Below, in pieces: positions 49,064 to 57,741 of a DNA stretch of 62,140 nt (its first letter is position 1; every line of letters starts with the position of its first letter). The notes under the pieces are model-generated. The model was not told where the DNA came from and did not search any database. It was given only the letters and a program-made list of their open reading frames with translations. The stretch covers positions 1-62,140 of the forward strand of contig JBHIAO010000001.1 of the NCBI GenBank assembly GCA_046758565.1, written 5' to 3'. Position numbers and translations under genes: made by a program. The DNA comes from Anaerolineae bacterium. Its GTDB lineage: Bacteria; Chloroflexota; Anaerolineae; Epilineales; JAANWY01.

Positions 49064-49948
49064 ATGATGTCTCGCTTACGACGTTCCCTGCTTTTCTCGC
49101 CAGGCGACAGTTCGCGGAAAATCAGCAAAGCGGCGCAACTGGACGTCGACAGCATCATCATGGATCTGGAAGACGCGGTGGCGCTTAGTCAAAAAGAGAC
49201 CGCTCGTCACACTGTTGTCGAGTCGTTACTCAACCTGGACTTCGGCCGCAGCGAGCGGGTAATCCGCATCAACCCCCTTAATACGGACTTCTTCAACGAC
49301 GACCTGCGTGCGACAGTTGACGCGCGTCCAGATGGCTACGTCATTCCCAAAGTCGAGACCCCCGATCACGTTCAGGCTGTGAGCCAATGCCTTGACGAGG
49401 CAGAAGCCAGACGCGGCTGGCCGCAAGGCACCATTCGGTTACTGGTATTGATCGAAACGGCGAAAGGTGTGATGAATCTAGATGCAATTGCCCAGGCCAG
49501 CCAGCGACTCGAAGCGCTCTTGTTCGGCGCTGAGGACTTCGTGGTAGACCTCGGCGTGCAACGCAGCCGGGACGGATGGGAGGTTTTCTACGCGCGCAGT
49601 GCCGTCGTCACCGTCGCAGCCGCGTACGAACTGCAAGCCATTGACACCGTGTTCGTTGACCTGCACGATTTGGCGGGGTTGGAGGCCGAATGTGAATTCG
49701 TCCGGCAGTTGGGTTTCGAGGGCAAAATGGCTATCCATCCGCGGCAGGTCGAGATAATCAACCGCGTTTTTGCGCCGTCATCAACGGAGATCGAGCGCGC
49801 GCTGCGGCTCGTGCAAGCGTTTGCGGAACACGAGTCCTCCGGCAGCGGCGTATTTGAAATAGATGGAAAGATGGTCGATATGCCCGTCGTCCGAGCGGCG
49901 GAACGCCTGCTAGAGAAGGCCAGGCGCGCGGGAATGCTGATCGAGTGA
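49064..49948 (+). CDS. HpcH/HpaI aldolase - citrate lyase beta subunit-like (CitE / acyl-CoA lyase) protein
   Basis: MMSRLRRSLLFSPGDS...DSIIMDLEDAV...IRINP...PKVE.. follows the CitE pattern. The ORF-track start at 48845 overlaps the divergent CPBP gene and is rejected. Confidence 0.8.
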   Translation: MMSRLRRSLLFSPGDSSRKISKAAQLDVDSIIMDLEDAVALSQKETARHTVVESLLNLDFGRSERVIRINPLNTDFFNDDLRATVDARPDGYVIPKVETPDHVQAVSQCLDEAEARRGWPQGTIRLLVLIETAKGVMNLDAIAQASQRLEALLFGAEDFVVDLGVQRSRDGWEVFYARSAVVTVAAAYELQAIDTVFVDLHDLAGLEAECEFVRQLGFEGKMAIHPRQVEIINRVFAPSSTEIERALRLVQAFAEHESSGSGVFEIDGKMVDMPVVRAAERLLEKARRAGMLIE

Positions 49949-49997
49949 GTATTCATATTCTTTGCCATAGCGCCTCTTCTATGCTAGAATCGCCGGC

Positions 49998-51647
49998 ATG
50001 CCCGACATCGCTCTACTCGCTCCCATCGTGGTGCCGCTGCTGGGGGCCGGCGCGCTGCTTCTCCTCGGAGGCCGGCATCACTACCGTGCTCGCGATCCTT
50101 TGCCGGCTCTCATTGCCGGCACGATCTTCGCGGCTGCCCTGTTGCTCCCGGAGCGCGCTTCCACACAAACCGAACTGCTTCCCTGGCCCTCAATCCAGGT
50201 TCTCGGGAGCCGGCTGGCAATCCTGGTTGATCAGTTTGCGCTGATTTTCGTCTTTGCGCTAGCCCTGCTGGCAATTGCTTCAACGATCGTCGGCGATAGC
50301 CTCAGCGGGCGGAGCTGGGCAATGCCCATTTTGCTCTGGGGTGGCTCATTGTGCATTGTGATCTCAGCGAACCCGCTGATGCTTCTGTTGAGCTGGATCC
50401 TGTGTGAGTCAGCTCTCATCGGTGCCAGCCTGCTAACACGCGAGCCGCGGATTCTGGCATATCGACTGGCTGTCGGCGGCGCGGGAACTGTGGCTCTTCT
50501 GGTGCTGGCAATGCAAGGAGAAGTTTATCCAACGACCGATCTGCAAACCGTACTTGCAAACCTCTCACCGAGGTGGGCTGCGGCATTCTTCGCCATTGGC
50601 GCGATCCGAATGGGCCTGTACCCACTGCATCTGGCCAGCTTTGACCAGACCGATGCGCCACTGACGCCGCTGGTTTTGGGCCGGCTTTCCAGCGCCATGG
50701 CCGGCCTGTACCTGTGGTTCCGTGGTTTGACGACCGTTACCAGCTTGCGGCCTCAAATGGAGTACTTGATCGTTGTGGGAGGGCTCGCTGTTCTCATCAG
50801 CGCATTTGCGACATGGGGGGCTCGCGGTGAGCGTTCGCTCTTTCCATGGCTTGTAGGGTTTGAGCTAAGTGTGATTGTCGTCGCTCTGGGCTTTGTGACA
50901 CCCCGAGTCACGATACTCGCAGCACTGGAGATGTTGAACTTGTTGCTGGCGAGTTCTGTGTTCGGTTTGAGCCTCTACGCCGTCAATCGCATCGAAGGAC
51001 GTTGGAGCCAGCGTTGGGTGCGGGGACTCGCGTTTCTGGCCACGGCATCACTGCTGGGTTTGCCTCCGACACCGGGTTTCGTGGCCCGTTGGGGCTTGTA
51101 CCTCTCGGCGATCGAAGCAGGCAACGTAGCTGCCATCTTGCCGGTTGTGGCTGCCAGCGGCTTGTTGGCTCCCTCTTTGTTCGCTTCGATTCGGGCCAGG
51201 AGGCGCCGACCTATGCGCCGGTCGTCCAATCACGCCGTCATCGGCCTGACGATTTTGGGACTGCCACTGCTACTTGTCAGTGCTCAACCGCTGATTCTGG
51301 CGCCGATTCTGGATATCGTGACCAGTGTGACGTCGTACTCGGTGATGGTACGTCTGATCCGCGGCGCCAGCGCCAGCGAAAGTGCGCAGATCCTGGCGCT
51401 CATCGTGGTCCCGGTGTTGGTCGGTTACAGCCTTGACCGTGTGCATGACCGATCGCGTGCTTACAGCCAGCTCGATTCACTGTGGCGGTTCCTCTCCCTC
51501 CGGTGGCTCTACGATTTGTTGGCGTCAACCGTTATACGGGCAGCAATCGCTGTTTCTATTTTGTTGACTTTCCTTGAACTTGGTTCGATGCTGGGGTGGG
51601 TTGTCGTCGTCGGTCTGCTTCTCGTGTTGTTGGTGCTGCGACGCTAG
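49998..51647 (+). CDS. polytopic membrane protein, distantly NuoN/MrpD-like (Proton_antipo_M) but degenerate
   Basis: 549 aa with about 14 hydrophobic segments. N-terminus resembles NuoN (LLAPIVVPLLGAGALLLL), with LVDQFALIFVF and LLGLPPTPGFVARWGLY motifs. The usual Lys after GF is Arg here. Confidence 0.5.
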   Translation: MPDIALLAPIVVPLLGAGALLLLGGRHHYRARDPLPALIAGTIFAAALLLPERASTQTELLPWPSIQVLGSRLAILVDQFALIFVFALALLAIASTIVGDSLSGRSWAMPILLWGGSLCIVISANPLMLLLSWILCESALIGASLLTREPRILAYRLAVGGAGTVALLVLAMQGEVYPTTDLQTVLANLSPRWAAAFFAIGAIRMGLYPLHLASFDQTDAPLTPLVLGRLSSAMAGLYLWFRGLTTVTSLRPQMEYLIVVGGLAVLISAFATWGARGERSLFPWLVGFELSVIVVALGFVTPRVTILAALEMLNLLLASSVFGLSLYAVNRIEGRWSQRWVRGLAFLATASLLGLPPTPGFVARWGLYLSAIEAGNVAAILPVVAASGLLAPSLFASIRARRRRPMRRSSNHAVIGLTILGLPLLLVSAQPLILAPILDIVTSVTSYSVMVRLIRGASASESAQILALIVVPVLVGYSLDRVHDRSRAYSQLDSLWRFLSLRWLYDLLASTVIRAAIAVSILLTFLELGSMLGWVVVVGLLLVLLVLRR

Positions 51648-52273
51648 TTCGGAGCCGGATTCGCCTAACCTTGCCGGTCAATCCAACGCATCTACTACTC
51701 GTCGTGGTCGGCGCCACGTCACTGGTGGCCTTGAGTCGTACATGGCAGATTGCCCTGTTGGCATTGCTGGTCCACTATCTGGCGCTGGGAGGGCTGGTCC
51801 TTGAACTTGGGCCGCTGGCGAGAGGCGGGCTGCGCATCCTGATAGGTGGTCTGGTCTGCCTGGTGCTGTTTCTAACGACCAAGCGAGTCGAGCATGCCCA
51901 GCGGGCCCCGGGATCGCCGGTAGTAGACCGGCGCCAGATTTCGGAGGTTGGTTTTCGCCTGGCTGCCGTGGGTCTGGCCGTCATTGGCGTCTTCGGAGCC
52001 TCAATTCCGGCGCGTTTCCCATCATTGCCGGCGGAACTTGTATTGGCGTCGGCCTGGCTGATGGCCATCGGACTGGTCACCTTGCTCATATCCCGGGAGC
52101 TTCTGTGGGTCGGCATGGGGTTGCTGACGGTTGAAAGCGGGTTCGAGACCATCTATACAGCACTCGATCCGCGGCTAGAGTTGGCCGGCTTACTGGCAGC
52201 GGGTGCTCTGATGCTTGCCTTCGTGGTGGCTGCAGCCGTGACCTTCGTGGACCGTGGCCGGAAAACTCCTTGA
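51596..52273 (+). CDS. polytopic membrane protein, unknown, partner of the preceding gene
   Basis: Hydrophobic ORF. The model overlaps the upstream gene by 52 nt. A likelier start is the TTG at 51671, after the upstream stop at 51645-51647. Confidence 0.45.
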   Translation: MGCRRRSASRVVGAATLVRSRIRLTLPVNPTHLLLVVVGATSLVALSRTWQIALLALLVHYLALGGLVLELGPLARGGLRILIGGLVCLVLFLTTKRVEHAQRAPGSPVVDRRQISEVGFRLAAVGLAVIGVFGASIPARFPSLPAELVLASAWLMAIGLVTLLISRELLWVGMGLLTVESGFETIYTALDPRLELAGLLAAGALMLAFVVAAAVTFVDRGRKTP

Positions 52274-52298
52274 CAATGCCCGGCAAGTGACCTATAAT
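52270..52298 (+). promoter_or_regulatory. consensus sigma-70 promoter upstream of the S1 gene
   Basis: TTGACA (52270-52275), 17 nt, TATAAT (52293-52298). It leaves a leader of about 300 nt before the ATG at 52602. Confidence 0.6.
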
Positions 52299-52601
52299 AA
52301 CTTGGTATTAGAGGCGTCACGTTTCCATATCCCTGTCTAGCGCTGCGAGTTGAAGTGTCGCCAGCGGACGGTGGATGCCGACCGGTGACGACAGCGCGAT
52401 TGTTTGTCCTGGCGCTGAAGTTCGTTCAGATTTGACACCGTCAGGACAGAGAGTTGACCATCTCGGCTGTGCCCCGGATTGGTATCGTCAGACGGGGATA
52501 TGGCCGAGATTTTTTGTGTGTGGGAGAGCGACAGAACGCGATCCAGGTGGTAATCAGACTATGGTGGATAGGTGGTTTCTGGTGTGCAAGGGGGAGAGAG
52601 C

Positions 52602-53654
52602 ATGACCGCTGACGTTCAGCAACACCCATGGGAGGCTCCGCTAGATGAGGGATATTGGCAGGCTCTGCTACGTCAGGATGAAGAAGCCCCGCCGGCTCCG
52701 GAGGTCCATTATGAGGAAGAGTGGCCTGAGACCGTCGTCTTCGGCGAGGGGGCAGTCGCTGAGCCGGGCTATGAGATGGGCCGACGATCACGACCTGGGC
52801 CATCTGACGGGACGGTAGAGGACGCGCGCGACAAAGAGTGGCGCTGGTTGCACGAACTGTATGAAAATGGAGAAGTCACCACTGGGAGCGTCGTTGGGTG
52901 CAACAAGGGCGGACTTCTCGTTCGGCTAGGCGGTTCCATAGGTTTCGTGCCGGCGTCACAACTGACTAATGTACCGGAGTGCCTGGGAACGGACGAGCTT
53001 CGTGCAGAGCTGGAAGCAATGGTCGGACAGGAAATCCAGCTCAAGCTGGTTGAGTTAGACCGCAGCCGCGACAGGATCATTTGCTCGCAGCGTGCCACAG
53101 CGTGGTCCGAAGCGGAGATCAACGCCCGGGTCGAGTCCTTGGAGCCTGGCCAGGTAGTTCGTGGTGAGGTACGCAGTTTGTGTGAGTTTGGCGCATTTGT
53201 TGACCTAGGCGGCATCGATGGCTTGCTCCACATTTCGGAGCTATCCTGGGAGCGTGTGAGGCATCCACGCGATGTCCTCAAGGTTGGTGAGAACGTTGAA
53301 GTCTACGTGCTCAACGTCGACCCGGATCAACGCCGAATCGGACTGAGCCTTAAACGGCTACGGCCGGACCCATGGGCACTCGTCGGGGAACACTATCAGG
53401 TTGGGCAGTTGGTTGACGTCGTGATCACCAACGTCGTGGATTTTGGTGCCTTCGCCCGGGTTCAGGAAGGCGTCGAGGGTCTGATTCATATTTCTGAGTT
53501 GGCAGAAGGTCATTTCTTCCATCCGCGCAATGTAGTGGAGGAGGGGGACGAAGTCACAGCGCGTATTCTCAACATCGAGCCCGCCAACCGCCGGCTGGGA
53601 CTTAGCTTACGGCAGGTGAAAAACGCATCGTACGGTACTGACAGGCCGGTGTAG
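52602..53654 (+). CDS. rpsA: S1 RNA-binding-domain protein (30S ribosomal protein S1-like)
   Basis: About 350 aa with four S1 repeats (GxVVGxNKGGLLV.., VRGEVRSLCEFGAFVDL, VEVYVLNVD.., VDVVITNVVDFGAFARV). GGGGGAGAGAG RBS. Confidence 0.75.
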   Translation: MTADVQQHPWEAPLDEGYWQALLRQDEEAPPAPEVHYEEEWPETVVFGEGAVAEPGYEMGRRSRPGPSDGTVEDARDKEWRWLHELYENGEVTTGSVVGCNKGGLLVRLGGSIGFVPASQLTNVPECLGTDELRAELEAMVGQEIQLKLVELDRSRDRIICSQRATAWSEAEINARVESLEPGQVVRGEVRSLCEFGAFVDLGGIDGLLHISELSWERVRHPRDVLKVGENVEVYVLNVDPDQRRIGLSLKRLRPDPWALVGEHYQVGQLVDVVITNVVDFGAFARVQEGVEGLIHISELAEGHFFHPRNVVEEGDEVTARILNIEPANRRLGLSLRQVKNASYGTDRPV

Positions 53655-53776
53655 CTCTGCAATTTGTCAATAGAAATTGTCTCTAGACGTTGCACTGGCT
53701 CTGATGTGATTGAAACGGTGAGAACTGGCCGGTTCTTGCTGACATTATCCTTGGCCTGGAAAGGAGTTGAGTATGA

Positions 53777-53977
53777 ATGGCAAGTGTCGAACTACGCCCC
53801 GGCGAGTCGCAGGAGGAGTTGCTTAAGCGCTTCCGCAAGAAGGTAGCGGAGAGCCGCATTCTGAGTACCTATCGCAAGAAGCGCTGGTTTATATCCAAGA
53901 GCGAACGGCGCCGGAAAGCCAAGAAGCGTGCACAGCGCAAGCTAGCTCGGCAACGTCGGAAAGACCACGGGTTCTAA
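53777..53977 (+). CDS. rpsU: 30S ribosomal protein S21
   Basis: 66 aa. ...ESQEELLKRFRKKVAESRILSTYRKKRWFISKSERRRKAKKRA. AAGGAG RBS. Confidence 0.9.
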   Translation: MASVELRPGESQEELLKRFRKKVAESRILSTYRKKRWFISKSERRRKAKKRAQRKLARQRRKDHGF

Positions 53978-53979
53978 CA

Positions 53980-56193
53980 GTGGAGAGGGCACCAATGGCC
54001 CGCAAAGCAGCCAGACGCCGCGTTGAGGCTTCGTTCAAATTGGATGATGCCGTCCAACGGGACGTCCTGGGCGTCATCCTGGCGGCACTGGGTGGAGTCA
54101 CTTTATTGAGCCTGCTGTCCGTCACGCGCGGCACCCTGAGTGATTGGTGGGCCGTGCTGTTGCGCCGTGTATTCGGATGGGGTGCGCTGGGTGTGGCTGG
54201 CTTGATCGTGGTCGCCGGCATCGTTATCCTGGTGCGTGACCGCGAAGGTGACTGGGAAGTTCCATGGCTGCGTGTGATCGGGCTCGAACTCGTCCTCGGC
54301 ACGACGTTGGCGCTACTCCACCTGTTTGCCGGCGGTACAACCCCTTTGGCCACGGCTCAGGCCGGCCGCGGCGGCGGGCTCCTCGGCTGGGCCATCAGCA
54401 TATTCCTCGTCGATGCGATCGGGAAGTCGGCATCGGTGTTGCTGATGGTCTTGCTGGGCGTGGCTGGCGCCGTGTGGGCGTTGAACGTTTCAGTGCGGGC
54501 TGCCGGCAGTCGCGTTGCAGCGGTGGTTGCCGGCCTCGCCCGGCGGATAGAAAAAGCGACTGACACCGTCGAACCGGTCGTGGCACCTGAACCTCAGCCG
54601 GTGCCGGTCCCCGAGTCAGTTCCGAAGCGAGCAGCGGTCCGCCGATCACCGTCTCAGTCCACCCCCTCCCTGCGACAGCCCTTCGACGGAGCTCAGGACA
54701 CCGTATCTTCGCGAACGCAACGGACGCCGAAAGTGACGACTGACACCGGGCTGCCGCCTCTGGAGTTGCTGGATCCTGCTTCACCCCTGAAGTTCCAGGA
54801 AGCTGAGCTCCGGCAGCGGGTGCGTATCATTGAGGAGACGTTGATGGCGTTCGGTGTGCCGGTCAAGGTCGTGTCGGTCAACCAGGGTCCGACGGTGACA
54901 CAGTTCGGGGTAGAGCCGGGTTATGTGGAGCGTGCCGGCAAGAAGCGCAAGATTCGTGTGAGTGAGATCACGCGACTGGGTGACGACCTGGCCCTGGCCC
55001 TGGCCGCCTCGCCGGTTCGTATGGAGGCACCGGTCCCCGGCCAGTCGGTGGTTGGGATCGAGGTTCCGAACTCGCATATTTCCCTTGTGTCACTACGGGG
55101 TGTGCTGGAGTCTGAAGAGTTCCAGCGCGTCCGTCGGAAGTCGAAGTTGACACTCGCGCTGGGGCGCAACGTGGCCGGCGAGGCCGTCGCCGCCGATCTG
55201 ACGCGGATGCCGCACTTGCTGATTGCCGGCGCCACCGGTTCCGGCAAGAGTGTCTGCATAAATGCCATCATCGCAACCTTCTTGCTGGAAAATACCCCGC
55301 CTGAACTCAAGCTCATGTTGATCGACCCGAAGCGGGTTGAGCTGACAAACTACAACGGCATCCCGCACCTGCTAGCGCCAGTTGTGGTCGAGACAGACGA
55401 AGTTGTTGGGGCGCTGCGTTGGGGCGAGCGCGAGATGGATCGGCGCTACAAGCTGTTTGCCGAAGCGCGCACGCGGAACATCGATACCTACAACAAGAAA
55501 ATCTCTCGCCGGAAGGATGGTGAGGTGCTGCCCTACGTGGTCGTCATTGTCGATGAGTTGGCCGACCTCATGATGGCAGCGCCGGACGAGGTCGAACGCC
55601 TGATCTGTCGGCTGGCTCAGATGGCCCGGGCGACGGGCATTCACCTGATCATCGCAACCCAGCGGCCGTCGGTGGATGTGGTGACCGGTTTGATCAAGGC
55701 CAATTTTCCGGCCCGAATCTCCTTTGCTGTGACAAGTGGTACCGATTCCCGTGTGGTGCTGGACACGGTCGGCGCGGAGAAGCTCCTTGGTGAGGGGGAT
55801 ATGTTGTTCCTGCCGCCAGACGTGAGCTCGCCACGGCGGCTCCAGGGTAGTTATGTTTCGGACCGAGAGCTCAACAAGCTAACCGCGTTCTGGCGGGGTA
55901 CTGGTTGGGAGACGGTGCGCAGTGCTTCGCTAGCCCCATGGGCCGGCATCGTGGAAAGCCTGGCCGAAGAGACCGATGAATTGCTGGACGAGGCCGTCGA
56001 GCTTGTGCTACAGCATGCGCGAGTGTCGACCTCGTTCCTGCAACGCCGGCTTCACATCGGCTACCCCCGCGCCGCTCGGCTCATCGACGAGCTGGAGGAG
56101 ATGGGTGTCATTGGGCCGGATGAGGGTGGCGGTCTTGGCCGGCGGGTCCTCGCCGCTGGCGATTACGACGAGTTTGATTCACAGGGGGGTTAG
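53980..56193 (+). CDS. ftsK: DNA translocase FtsK/SpoIIIE
   Basis: 737 aa. N-terminal TM segments, Walker A GATGSGKS, VVIVDELADLM, RATGIHLIIATQRPS, and a gamma wHTH (SFLQRRLHIGYPRAARLIDELE). The start is GTG 53980 or ATG 53995. Confidence 0.93.
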   Translation: MERAPMARKAARRRVEASFKLDDAVQRDVLGVILAALGGVTLLSLLSVTRGTLSDWWAVLLRRVFGWGALGVAGLIVVAGIVILVRDREGDWEVPWLRVIGLELVLGTTLALLHLFAGGTTPLATAQAGRGGGLLGWAISIFLVDAIGKSASVLLMVLLGVAGAVWALNVSVRAAGSRVAAVVAGLARRIEKATDTVEPVVAPEPQPVPVPESVPKRAAVRRSPSQSTPSLRQPFDGAQDTVSSRTQRTPKVTTDTGLPPLELLDPASPLKFQEAELRQRVRIIEETLMAFGVPVKVVSVNQGPTVTQFGVEPGYVERAGKKRKIRVSEITRLGDDLALALAASPVRMEAPVPGQSVVGIEVPNSHISLVSLRGVLESEEFQRVRRKSKLTLALGRNVAGEAVAADLTRMPHLLIAGATGSGKSVCINAIIATFLLENTPPELKLMLIDPKRVELTNYNGIPHLLAPVVVETDEVVGALRWGEREMDRRYKLFAEARTRNIDTYNKKISRRKDGEVLPYVVVIVDELADLMMAAPDEVERLICRLAQMARATGIHLIIATQRPSVDVVTGLIKANFPARISFAVTSGTDSRVVLDTVGAEKLLGEGDMLFLPPDVSSPRRLQGSYVSDRELNKLTAFWRGTGWETVRSASLAPWAGIVESLAEETDELLDEAVELVLQHARVSTSFLQRRLHIGYPRAARLIDELEEMGVIGPDEGGGLGRRVLAAGDYDEFDSQGG
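54679..54700. repeat. single copy of the 22-nt motif CCCTTCGAC-N3-GCTCAGGACA inside the ftsK linker
   Basis: cccttcgacggagctcaggaca, read as PFDGAQDT. Confidence 0.75.
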
Positions 56194-56244
56194 GGATTGG
56201 AGATTGGAGATTAGAGATTGGATATTCAATCTCTAATCTCTCGA
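56194..56244. repeat. GAGATT-family heptamer hairpin directly after the ftsK stop
   Basis: 14-bp perfect stem: GAGATTAGAGATTG (56207-56220) with CAATCTCTAATCTC (56227-56240), loop gatatt. Confidence 0.9.
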
Positions 56245-56260
56245 TGAAAGAAGCGTAGTC

Positions 56261-56926
56261 ATGATAGCCCACCTGGTTGCTCTCACAATCCCCTGGGGTC
56301 TCATCAGCCTGTCGGGTGTGATGTCCCCTGGACCGATCTCAACACTAGCGGTGAGCGAGGGCGCGCGACGGGGCTACCGAGCCGGCCCGCTCATTAGCGT
56401 GGGCCATGCTGCGACGGAGCTGGTGATGGTAGGCGCATTGGCCCTCGGGCTGAGCCAGGTGCTTCAGCAGACGATAGTGGCCGGCGTGGTCGGGTTGCTG
56501 GGTGGCGCCGTGTTGGCGTGGATGGGTCTGGACATCATCCGAGGGGCGCGGGAGGCTCGGTTGTCGCTGGACATCCAGGCAGAGGCTGGGGGCAACCCAG
56601 CCCAGACCGATCAGCGGTGGGGCCTGATGTCGGCCGGCGTGTTACTGAGCGTGTCCAATCCATTCTGGCTGCTGTGGTGGGCCACGGTGGGATCGGCCAA
56701 CATGCTCCGGTTTCTCGAGTATGGTCTGATCGGGCTCAGCGTGTTCTACCTCAGCCACATCAGCCTGGACTTCGGGTGGAACAGCCTGCTGTCGGTTCTG
56801 GCGAGGTCGGGCCGTCAGTTTGTGAGTGACCGCGTGTTCCGTGGTGTACTGGCGGTGTGCGGTGTGTTTCTCGTCCTGTTCGCGGTGTATTTTGTCGTCG
56901 CCGGCATCGGCCTTCTACGAAGCTGA
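56261..56926 (+). CDS. LysE/RhtB-family amino-acid exporter
   Basis: 221 aa, six TM segments. N-terminal ...SGVMSPGPISTLAV.. is typical of the LysE family. Confidence 0.75.
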   Translation: MIAHLVALTIPWGLISLSGVMSPGPISTLAVSEGARRGYRAGPLISVGHAATELVMVGALALGLSQVLQQTIVAGVVGLLGGAVLAWMGLDIIRGAREARLSLDIQAEAGGNPAQTDQRWGLMSAGVLLSVSNPFWLLWWATVGSANMLRFLEYGLIGLSVFYLSHISLDFGWNSLLSVLARSGRQFVSDRVFRGVLAVCGVFLVLFAVYFVVAGIGLLRS

Positions 56927-56961
56927 TTTCCATCGACCACGGCCCTCGGCAGATAACGGGA

Positions 56962-56989
56962 CCGGTCGGAGCTATACAGCTCCGACCGG
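56962..56989 (+). terminator. hairpin after the LysE-type gene (possible terminator, no U-tract)
   Basis: 11-bp stem: CCGGTCGGAGC (56962-56972) with GCTCCGACCGG (56979-56989), loop tataca. Confidence 0.4.
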
Positions 56990-57026
56990 CTACTTGAGAA
57001 GAGGAACTTCAGAAGGCGCGATAAAT

Positions 57027-57059
57027 GCCGGCCGGGGTCATCCCCACACCCCGGCCGGC
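57027..57059 (-). terminator. strong GC hairpin with a U-rich tail on the minus strand
   Basis: Stem GCCGGCCGGGG (57027-57037) with CCCCGGCCGGC (57049-57059). The minus strand continues ATTTAT. No minus-strand gene is annotated upstream of it. Confidence 0.5.
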
Positions 57060-57482
57060 TTACAGGCCCGAGCTATTCGAAGTGAGGAGGGCACTCCGCG
57101 CCCCAGTGCCGGCGAGGACAGGAACGACGACCACCCGACACCGGCCAGCCCGGGCCTATTTAGAGAGGCGTAAGTATTATCTCTTTCCGATGTCACGTGA
57201 CGCTCACGAAGTGCCGGCACCGCCTGCGATCTTCCCCGCAAAGCGGGTAGTGTTTGAGACACATACACGGGAGACCCGTCTGGGTCTCCCTTTCACTTTC
57301 TGCACGATACGGATACTCCGTCCACGGCCCACGGATCCAGGGCCCTGACCCGATCGCCGGCCAAGTCTGGCCTGACCACACGCTGTTCCTGTCTGCCATA
57401 CTTATGGCCCACCCGCGCCAGAAAGACCGCCGATCGCCGAAGCTCGCTGCGCTCACGACCACCGACGGCCGACCACGGAACT

Positions 57483-57540
57483 CACTCTCTTCCCCCTGCC
57501 CCTCTGCTCCCCTGCACCCTGGCGCCTGCGCCCTCTGCTC
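57483..57540. repeat. C/T-rich single arm related to the GGGGAGA family
   Basis: It shares GCTCCCCTGCACC with the reverse complement of 42441-42455. Low-complexity cccctg/ccctct units. Confidence 0.5.
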
Positions 57541-57584
57541 AAGACCGGCGGCCAGTGGTCACGAGCGGAGTGAGCCATTGCCGC

Positions 57585-57613
57585 TTGCCATAAGCAACTG
57601 GGGATGGTATAAT
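57585..57613 (+). promoter_or_regulatory. sigma-70 promoter of the SNF2 block
   Basis: TTGCCA (57585-57590), 17 nt, TATAAT (57608-57613), with TGG immediately upstream of the -10. Confidence 0.6.
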
Positions 57614-57741
57614 GCGTTACAACGGTATTGGGGAGAAACAGCCATTAAGCCAGTTCTCATTTCATGCAGGTTGCTGCCAACCCCATCCCCACCCAACGCT
57701 ACTGATGCAGCCTGACGTGCACACCCATCTGGTCCTGTACG

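Noticed and set aside
57000-57600. RNase P RNA, tmRNA or SRP RNA in the ORF-free gap. The + strand has CCGGCTTACAGG, which resembles the RNase P 3' motif.
   Set aside because: The required companions are absent on either strand: GAGGAAAGTCCGGGC for RNase P, a tRNA-like GGTTCGA..CCA end and tag ORF for tmRNA, and GGAAGCAGC for SRP. A + strand RNase P would also have to overlap the LysE-type gene.
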